Of a DNA stretch of 64,000 bases, positions 55,161 to 64,000 are shown piece after piece; the first letter of the stretch is position 1; each line of letters begins with the position of its first letter. The stretch covers positions 92,318,001 through 92,382,000 of the forward strand of contig OX597816.1 in assembly GCA_951406725.2 (NCBI GenBank), written 5' to 3'. The translations under genes and the position numbers were made by a program. The notes beneath the pieces are model-generated. The model did not search any database. It saw nothing but the letters and a program-made list of their open reading frames with translations, and had not been told where the DNA came from. Origin of the DNA: Octopus vulgaris (lineage: Eukaryota).

Positions 55161-55166
<6 letters not shown>
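54925..55166. repeat. 242-bp near-perfect palindrome (119-bp arms, 4-nt loop)
   Basis: 54925-55043 versus 55048-55166, 2 mismatches, loop CATC. Confidence 0.97.
54971..55052 (-). ncRNA. Type I hammerhead with canonical core, helix III C-ATAT-G, GUC site
   Basis: Minus strand CTT-CTGATGA (55049-55043)-GAAGGC-G-GCATA...TATGC-A-GTCTTC-GAAAC-ATAT-GTC (54988-54977)-GAGAAT. Confidence 0.8.
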
Positions 55167-55222
<56 letters not shown>

Positions 55223-55267
55223 GTCTCTCTCTATCTCTCTCTATATATATGTATATATCTATATCCA

Positions 55268-55395
<128 letters not shown>

Positions 55396-56289
55396 TGCAA
55401 GTATACTGTCGCTTTCTAAATTGCCAATAACGACTGATTCGGATGCTTTGATTGATTTTGGATGAATATTTAAATCTGGTCGCCAGAACTACTTAATATT
55501 TGTTGACGGAGAGATAGAAGGTATTAGAAATCTACAGTTAGCATAAGTTTAGAAGATATAATAATACTAAACCGAAATACTATATTAAAGTTTATTTGAT
55601 GTAGCTCTTAAAATGAAGCCTATCACAAAAATACCAGACAGTCTTACCCTACATATATATGGAGATTGCTCTATCTTCACAGATAATTGCTATCTCTTTG
55701 TGCTTTCATCCATGACCTCACAGATGACTATTAAGTTACGTTTTCAGATTGGCATGGTGTAGAAACATAGGCGACAGACGAAAGTGGTAACGAACGGTAC
55801 ACTTCCAACTGGTCAAGTCTGCACACCTTGTAATCTTCTATTTCCATAGTACTTTCAGTAGTATGACAAATGAGGTCAGCATTAAGAAACATCTATACGT
55901 TATAAGATTATAGTGATAAACGTTTGTACAACACAAGTACCACTCTGTAAGTCTCTGTAAGTGAGATGACCAGTAGGGTTTACATCACGTGAAACAGTAG
56001 GTTTTACAGCTACATATACTTCTCTTAGACGGATGCTGTGACAACAGGTCCTGATTCCTCACCGAGGGTAGTTTTACTATGTACCTTGACACCAATCGAA
56101 GATATTTCTGCACATCCACACTCAGATGGAATAATCACATATGCTAGTTAAGCCATAGCTCGAAGCTGACAGGTGCTACTACATAATACATACATACATA
56201 CATACATACATACATACATACAAACATACATACATACATATATACATACAAACATACATACATATGTATATACACACATACACACACAC

Positions 56290-56357
<68 letters not shown>

Positions 56358-56359
<2 letters not shown>

Positions 56360-56720
56360 GAGGGTCGGCTGAGTGTTCATGGTCTACCCAAGATGCTCTC
56401 ATCGCATATGACTAACTGAGGTTTATCTCTCAACAAACTCTTGCAGTGACTGGATCCCATTGGTGAATAAGCTTTCGCTCTGTTGGTCAAGAAACTCATA
56501 AATAGCAGATATGACTTCATCATCACTGCGATACTGGTTCCCAGCTAAGTGCTTTTGGGGCAAATCAAAAGAATTAAGTGATAAACCAGTTCAAAGCCAC
56601 TGTCACGCACAGCAGCCACTGAAACCAAGGTCTTGTGTACTAGAGCATTGCTCTAACAAAACAAGGTGCCTTTTGTCAGGTTTCTCGGACGTTTTGTCTT
56701 GATAGTCTTTCATAATTGCT
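56358..56720 (-). pseudogene. Mariner 3' fragment with TIR remnant
   Basis: Minus strand KTIKTKRPRNLTKG..NALVHKTLVSVAAVRDSGFELVYH and KHLAGNQYRSDDEVISAIYEFLDQQSESLFTNGIQSLQ. Terminus ACGAGGGTCGGCTGA..GTTCAT. Confidence 0.75.
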
Positions 56721-56767
56721 ACACACACAAACACACACACACACGTGTGTATGTATGTGTATACATA

Positions 56768-57123
56768 TCCACATGGTTCGAGGTTCAGTTCCACAGCGTG
56801 GCACCTTGGATAAGTGTCTTCTACTATAGCATCGTGTCGACTAAAACTTTGTGAGTGGATTTGGTAGTTGGAAACTGAAAGAAGCTCATTGTATATATAT
56901 GTATATATTTATGTGTGCGTATCTGTGTTCTTTATCGCTTGACAACCAACGCTGGTGTGTTTATGTCCCCGTAACTTAGCGGTTCTGCAAAAGACGCCGA
57001 TAGAATAAGTACTCGGCTTATAAAGAATAAGTCCTGGGGTCGATTTCTTCGACTAAAACCCTTTAAGGCGGTGCTCCAGTATGCCCGTGGTCAATTGACT
57101 GAAACAAGTAAACGAGTAAAAGA

Positions 57124-57124
<1 letters not shown>
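56768..57124 (+). mobile_element. CORE-SINE (OR-like), 5'-truncated
   Basis: Matches the 9356-9780 family from the B box to the tail. Confidence 0.85.
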
Positions 57125-57175
<51 letters not shown>

Positions 57176-57212
57176 ATACATATATATATATGCATACATA
57201 TACATACATATA

Positions 57213-57262
<50 letters not shown>

Positions 57263-57399
57263 AATACATGTATTTATATTTATGTATGTATTTATATTTA
57301 TAAATCCATGCTTAAATACACATGTACAGACATGTGCATATTCCATGTATTTTCGAATTAAAAGCATTGTGGCAAGTAGAATTTGATCGGAATTGAAAT

Positions 57400-58500
57400 T
57401 CAAGCCATGTGATTTAATTCTATCTTTTCCCTACTTTTCCATTTCAGACATTTTGAAGATGGATGTAAAGAGAGAGCTTAACGAACATAATGAAATAGAC
57501 AGACATCTTGACTGCTTCTGTCAAAGACCGGATGGCGACCTGGCCTGTTCAATATATGGAAGCGGCCTCAAGAAACTTCTCGCTAATCAAACAAATTTGA
57601 CAAATTAACAAGTCTTGCTTCCTTTTCAGCATAGACAAAATCAATCGAGATAAGTACAAGTCATATTTTGAGTTTATCTGTCTGCTCTTTGCTGGTATGT
57701 GTAGTATCTTGATTCTGAATTTTAAATATTGCGACAAGTATATTTTGAACGGATAAGACTGTTCTATTTTCCTGAATCTTCTATGCACTGCTAACTTCAA
57801 TTTCGGAAAGGATCTTTTACTTTGAAAATTCGAGAACTAATGATTCTATATATTTATAATAAAATGCTTTCAAATGCATTAAAATGTTACTTGTCGCAAT
57901 GTTTGAACTTAGCATCTTGCGACACATCATAAAGCAACAAAATCCGAACACGACGGTTGAAGACGAGCTATGTTTTGAATTTGTTCCAATTGATTGCTTT
58001 TGTTTGTTCCGTGATTTTGATTGTGCTCGAGATACATAGTTATCCTGCCTTCTTGTTTCAGATGACCTTCTAACAAGTTGTTTCTGTACGCATGCCAAAT
58101 AAATGTATTTCGTCTATTCCAAATGCTGTGAGTATAAAAGCAAGCAACTACATTTCTTAATTGACACTCACGTGATTGTTATTTCTTCTATAGACTGTTT
58201 CCAATATCTATTGTCTTGCAGTTCATGTTGTTCACATGCTATTTTGTATTTTGTGTACACCTCCTAGTAGAGTATCTGAGATCCTCAAGCGATGTTGATT
58301 CTTCACCTGTAGGGACAAGTGTAGTATGCAAAATATTCCCTGTATTTTGGAGGTGAGGAGTAGTAATTCATCCACCAGCACCCCATGCTCTTGTTTCTTC
58401 GTCTTCTACTGATTGACAATGATGCTTTTAATTCCATATCTTCCTATTACCCAGAGTGTAGGTGAATGTACAGTAGCGATCGAAAGATATCACCCTGCTA
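57400..58500 (-). pseudogene. Possible decayed Helitron Rep/helicase fragment
   Basis: Broken minus-strand frames give P..YREYF, STSLEDLR and YTKYKIACEQHELQDNRYWKQSIEE, which resemble the GPTSFEDLRTV...Y..AC...L.DD..W...EE segment before the Helitron PIF1 helicase. Confidence 0.5.
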
Positions 58501-59100
58501 GTAACTTTGACTCGAGTGGAGCTTATACAAGCTGATGAACTAAGGACTCTGTGAAGTACACTGTATACTTATGCTCTATATGGAGCTCTAGTTTTGATCA
58601 TTGCTATGTTGTTTTGGGACATCAGATCTAAAGATCTTTCAGATATCCCCAATACTAGAGACACATCCTACTGTCTGATAACATAAAACATTTTCCAGTT
58701 TATTAATGAGTTCTTTGTCAGGGATAAAGATAAACATGATACTCATTTTGTTAACAAACATTACAACATATACAAATCCTTTGACAGAGTTACATTATCC
58801 AGAAATGATATGGGCTTTTAGAAGTTTGTATAGCAATTTGTTATAGCAATGCCATGCGTATGTCCTAAGTAAAGAGAGTACGCATCATTGTGGGTTTGAG
58901 TTTTCTGAAGTATATTTTTTGTTTATCTTTTGAATCTGCACGCTGTGTAAGGTTAGACTGGATTTGAGTCTCGATGGTTTCCCAGAATATTCGATTGTCA
59001 GTTGGTAGCATGATTGAAAGAATTTTTTCATCATTATATAGTCATGCTCAAGATCAGTGTATGTGAAAGTGGAAGTCTTCTGTGTTGCCATTCCTGTGTT

Positions 59101-60403
59101 GTTATATCCAAGAAGTTTACTATATTGTGTTCTTCTTCAACTGCTATGCTAAGTCTTAAGAAGAATTTGAAGAATGATTTAAATATTTTTCTATATCTCT
59201 ATTTGAAGGGTTATGCAGTGTGTAAAGTACATCGTCTCTATGCAGACCTCCTCCGACTTCAGAGAATTCCTTATTAATGCATTCTAATATGCAGATTTCG
59301 ACTAAATCTGTCACCTGTGCTGAATCTATTGAGCCAACAATTATGACGAACATATCTGCCTGATATTTCCCAATCCAATATTTATCTTCAAATTTAATGA
59401 TTGATTTCCTAGCTGTTAAGATCACCTCTACATCATTTGTATTTAGCGTCGAGTTATTCATTGATAAAATAAATGCCTTATTGAGTATAATAGGGTTAAT
59501 TGAACCATATTTCGAGATATGTATTTGAAGAAATTTAGTTTGGGTTTTTATTGGGAATATTATTGAACCATTTAATTACTTCTAATGAACTAGACCATAG
59601 TTCCAGTCTAATAGTATTCTTAAGGGTAGGTATATATTTATCGATTATGTGCTTACAAACTTTAACTAGGTCTGATTTGGAGGGGCAAATGAGTCTTACT
59701 GTGAGGTTTGTTATGAAATCTGCTTTGTGATACTTAAGGTTAATATACGGAGTTCCAGGTTCCTATGGTTCTGTTCTATCGCTTAAATCAAATTTATCCA
59801 TAATATTTTAAGCTTGGAAGTTAAAGTGTTTTCAGGTTTTCAGGGTCTTTATAATTTCTATAATTCTATAGGTCTTTATAATTTCTTTTTCAAGTAGTGA
59901 GTGATAAAGAGAATAGTCAAGGTGGTATAAGTTACCCGTTTTATCTGCATGGATGAGTATTCCTTTTTTGTTTGTTATAGGTCTTTAGTTATGAAAGGCA
60001 ATTTTTGTAGATGAGTATTTCTACTCAAAAAGAATTCATGGAATTTAATATTTTTAACAATAATCCAAAGTTGGTATTCAAAGGGTGTTAAATGTTGGTT
60101 GGTGGTGAGTACTTTTTGGTCTTAAAAATCCGTTGCAATTCCTCGTTAATTTTACAATTGATATAATTATTATATTTTTGTTATGAAAATACGCACACGA
60201 TTTCATTCTGTTAATAAAAGAGCTGGTTTTATAAATTAGGTCTTTCATGAATTCTTTTTTCCGTGGGATTGGTATATCCTTAATTGATGTGTCCAAATGT
60301 ATTTTTTCCATTCTCAGGTTTTCTGACTTAATAATACTTTCGAACGAAATTATTTTTTATAGTAATGGAATGGATATAAATATCCAGGCAGATAACTCGT
60401 TAC
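59101..60403 (-). pseudogene. Penelope-like RT, N-terminal part (inverted segment)
   Basis: MEKIHLDTSIKDIPIP..KDLIYKTSSFINRM, LIHADKTGNLYHL, PYINLKYHKADF..N.TVRLICPSKSDL.KV.K.IID, ILTARKSII, GSIDSAQVTDLV, GGLHRDD, ending VNFLDIT at about 59101. Confidence 0.85.
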
Positions 60404-60730
60404 TCTATGTAATAATAATACTTACCGACCATACCACAAGCCCAATAAAAACCTCAAATATATAAACATTAAACAGTAACCATTCACCTAGTATAACACA
60501 CAAATTAGTAGAAATTATTTCAACCCGTATCTCTAATCTCTCTGGCAAAGAAACAATTTTAAAATTGAATACAGATTATTACAACTTAACTCTAGAAAAG
60601 GTAGGGTACAGGAAAAAATTAAAATTTTGTAAAACTAATGATAGGGTGGATAATAATAATACAGTACAAACTAACTTAGGAACCAACGATAATAATGGAA
60701 TAGTTAATTCTGACTGCTCATCTACACAAT
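60404..60730 (+). pseudogene. Penelope-like RT, C-terminal continuation on the opposite strand
   Basis: LCNNNTYRPYHKPNKNLKYINI/SNHSPSITHKLVEIISTRISNLSGKETI....YYNLTLEKVGY, the PLE segment that normally follows NFLDIT directly. Confidence 0.8.
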
Positions 60731-61249
60731 AAGAAATTTTGAACTGTACCCCAACCCCAAAGGGCCAATCGACCGATAGAAATAAAGTTGTTCATCAATG
60801 CTATTCTTCCACATTCACAAACGTGCTTCTTCATCAGATTTGCCGGTTTTACTGCTACTATAGTAGTCTCTACTCTCCTACGTTGACTAATCTGCCAAAT
60901 CCACTTAGGCAATTACGACCTATCTTCTTTGTTTTTTTTGTGATCTATTTTTGCGGCCGTTCACACTAATCCTACAAAATAATCCTTCTTACCCAGGACG
61001 TCAGGCCCATAAAATTTCCTCCTTGCACATTTTCCTCCGACAATTTCTGACTTACAAAAGTTCAGAGAACGCTAACCGCGAATGTTCAGGATTAAGCGGA
61101 TTTTTAGGTTGTCTGTAACTGGTCACAGGAAATGAGAGTTATAAAACAAGTGGTGAATCTTCACATCTAAATGGATTCTGCTAAATTCATTCATGGATCA
61201 GTTGGCGTTGGTGAACCAGGTGATGGACAGTCATCTGACAGAGCGCCCT

Positions 61250-61400
61250 ACAGTTCCATTTACAGAAACTTCACTAAGTAAACCATAGTCTACTCGAAAT
61301 TGTAGTAGAAGACAATTTTCCAAGAGGTTGCGACCGAGGGATCGAACACGAAACCACGTAATCAAGCTAACGTGTGATTCATACAGTTATGCTCCCATCT
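61250..61400 (-). mobile_element. Degenerate CORE-SINE 5' half
   Basis: Weak colinear match to the head and CORE of 9356-9780 (ttcactaag..tagtagaagaca..ccaag..gggatcgaac..aaccacgt). Confidence 0.5.
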
Positions 61401-61726
61401 TTGCAGAGATTTATGCTACTAGATAAAGTTGGTTTGACGTTATAACCAATTGATTAGTAAGTCAAACAAAAAGGGTCTAGAACTGTACACAACTTGCTTG
61501 TTTAGAAAAGCGGGTGAAAAATAATACGACTGATGGCATATATTCAGTCGGCTGTTGGGCTTTTGGGGGGTTGTGGTCCGGAGCATCTTGTGCACCCAGG
61601 TACGCTGTACTAAATATGTAAACATGTTAGAAATTTGAAAACAAAAGTAAAATTTAACGAAAATCAAAATAAAAAAATTATAACTATATTTTGTCGTTTG
61701 CTCTTTATGAAAAATGAAAGGATTTC

Positions 61727-62697
61727 ATTTTGTTTTCAGTGTATCAAAACGGTATTATCTATCCAGACCCCATAATTCAACTCCATAACCACAATGAATT
61801 TTAAATTCAATAACGTAAATTCTCTTTTCAGTCGATTGCTTTCTTTTCTTCATTTAATAAAGTCAGATAAATCAATATAGAAAGAAATTGTAAGTAGTAG
61901 AGTTAAATTACACTCTTATTTATATTGAGTAAGAAAATATACAAAATTTTATCAAAATACTTATCAACCTACTGATTGTTTTCACTAATCATAAGACCAT
62001 ATATGGTAGTGAAGCAGACTGTTGGTCAAATGTGTTTTACCGATAGTCATTCCGTCTTTTCATCGAACAAAATATCTAGAACTATATTGTCTTCTTATTA
62101 TTAATGTCGTAGAATATAAATTTAGAGGGCTCTGGCCTTCATTTTGTGCTATATGTAGAGATTCTTCATTGGTTTAATAAAACATCCCTCTGTAAAAATA
62201 GTGCACATTTGGTCGATCTCGAAATCATAAATTTAAGTTTATTCTCCTGAGATTTATATCTTACACAGTTGAAGAACAACTTATCAATAGAAATAAATGA
62301 GTTTAGTCCACATTTCTATAATCTCTAGGAGCTCACCTTTATGTTAAATTATATTCAACTCAATCAATTTCATTGACATATAATTAAAAAATGAGAATTA
62401 ATTTTAAAATTTTATCAAAAAATATTGATACGTATAAATTATGAAGCAAATCATGTAAGAGTTATCAATTTTTTCGTTATATCAAGGACACTAGCTACGA
62501 TTACGCCAGTGATAAGTATAATGATAAAGCTGATACACTTGAACCTGCAAACTAATACGTGCAAATGATTTATTGTCATTCGTGCGCTGTACAAGCAAGG
62601 TCAAGATCTCTTTACAGTCCCATATCGAGAACGTCGTATTTTGTTTTCAGTGTATCAAAACGGTATAATCTATCCAGACCCCATAATTCAACTCCAT
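61727..62697 (+). repeat. 60-bp direct repeat pair (61727-61786 and 62638-62697)
   Basis: ATTTTGTTTTCAGTGTATCAAAACGGTATWATCTATCCAGACCCCATAATTCAACTCCAT, 1 mismatch. Confidence 0.92.
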
Positions 62698-63089
62698 CAT
62701 AACTGCTCATCCTGAACAAAACAATCCACTGTTGTTTCTGTATAGAATCGGTGTCAAAAGCAGAATCTTTCTAGCAGATATTATCATAAAATAAGTTTCA
62801 TACAGAAGCAGGAACAGAAACGAAATATCAATATATACAATATCATATTCTTAAAACTAACCTGCAAAGAAAACGTAGGAGCAAGTAAAGCTCCAACCTA
62901 CTTTGCCCAAATAAGGTCACACCTCTCGCAACCACCTCAAAGCTTTTAAATAACAACAATTTCTAGTTATAACGATAAAAAAGGTTCAACAGTATAAGAA
63001 TGACAAACTTTGAAAGGCTAAGCACAACGGATAACAGAATACACTACAGTGTAAAGAAAATATGTACTTTTGATGGAAAATGGTTAAAC

Positions 63090-63404
63090 CAGTGTTTCTC
63101 GATTGGGGTCCATATGAGATTTTGGGGTGTCCACGGGGGAAAATAGTAAATTTGGTATACACAGTAATATGTATAGAGACCATAAAAACTTTGCTTTAGA
63201 TGTATTGCAAGAAACAGCTATGTTTCTTTCTCCAATGTCAAACAGAGTCCAACTTTCACAGGTGCGTGTATGAAAAATATATAGGAATTTTGAAAGTAGC
63301 ATCTATAAAGCTATTTTTAATATTGAATGGCCATGGGGGTTCACCAGAATAAAATAGTAATCAAAGGGACCCATAGACAAAAAAATATTCGTTGGGAATC
63401 ATTG
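63090..63404 (+). mobile_element. hAT/Charlie-like MITE
   Basis: TIRs CAGTGTTTCTCGA and TTGGGAATCATTG. The 8-bp flanks GGTTAAAC and AGTTACAC (6/8 match) fit a decayed hAT TSD. Confidence 0.7.
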
Positions 63405-64000
63405 AGTTACACAATGCAGTTATATGCAAACCGGAAAGTTCGATCTGAAGAGAATAACACTATCTTCTTCAAATATATATGGAAAATAAAAGACCCTTGA
63501 TTATGTCAATAGCAACATGTCAAAACTCGAATAGAGTAAGCTCTACATAACTATAGCAAATTAATGCCAACTTTCAGGGCATAGAGATATATATTTTGAA
63601 TAATTAGTATTATATTTAAAATGCAGGAACGAAATAATGCCCAGATTTCGTGCATTTATTGCATGGACAAGTATGATTTCACGAGAATCAGTTTTATAGC
63701 GTTAATTTAAATCATATGATTTATAATTTGTCCTCTACTATCTCATATCTTCCAAAAATATGACTTGGCGCTCTCCTCAGGTATATGTTAATTATACAGG
63801 TTATATATTAAAACTTTGTAACCAGTATACTTCAGGAGAGGACGATGATATGAATATTTAGTTGCATGAGATTAAAATTCGTGTCAATGTAAAGAAAACA
63901 AAAATATCACAAGTTGATAAGGCTATGTTAAAACATCATAGCAATTTACTGTTAGTCATTCATGAAGTTGTATTCTAGTTGTATTCTAGTTTTCCTTTCA

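Noticed and set aside
57449-57608. Possible terminal exon after a good acceptor (ttttccatttcag)
   Set aside because: The peptide is unrecognised and lies antisense within a probable transposon remnant.
57817-58098. BED zinc-finger-like CFMMCRKMLSSNIATSNILMHL
   Set aside because: Cys spacing is off and the final His is missing. The surrounding frames fit a decayed Helitron helicase region better.

Overview
AT-rich, microsatellite-saturated animal DNA, most likely Octopus or a related coleoid cephalopod. This is inferred from the OR-type CORE-SINEs and the density of (TA)n, (CA)n and (TACA)n. I found no supportable host protein-coding exon, and almost all long ORFs in the track are microsatellite read-throughs. 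The window holds decayed and young mobile elements: three mariner remnants (one full-length with TIRs), Penelope-like (PLE) RT and GIY-YIG fragments, a young CR1-group LINE 3' end, an RTE 3' end, an RLE-type LINE remnant, Helitron and hAT pieces, and about 12 tRNA-derived SINEs. The main signal is a dispersed set of about 14 hammerhead ribozyme (HHR) or HHR-like motifs in short non-coding PLE-type units, in three architectures. They show covarying palindromic helix III loops (AGCT, AATT, GGCC, ATAT) and a shared CTCCAYT 3' end, usually next to (TA)n. They occur as solo units, as a 759-nt retrozyme-like direct repeat, and as two head-to-head palindromes, one folded back exactly on its CUGAUGA core. 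Other notable items are a pre-tRNA-His fused to a SINE/LINE 3' tail, a PLE RT with twin-priming-type inversion, and a 77-bp inverted capture of local mariner DNA inside a (TA)n tract. All calls were made by eye, with no searches or folding programs.
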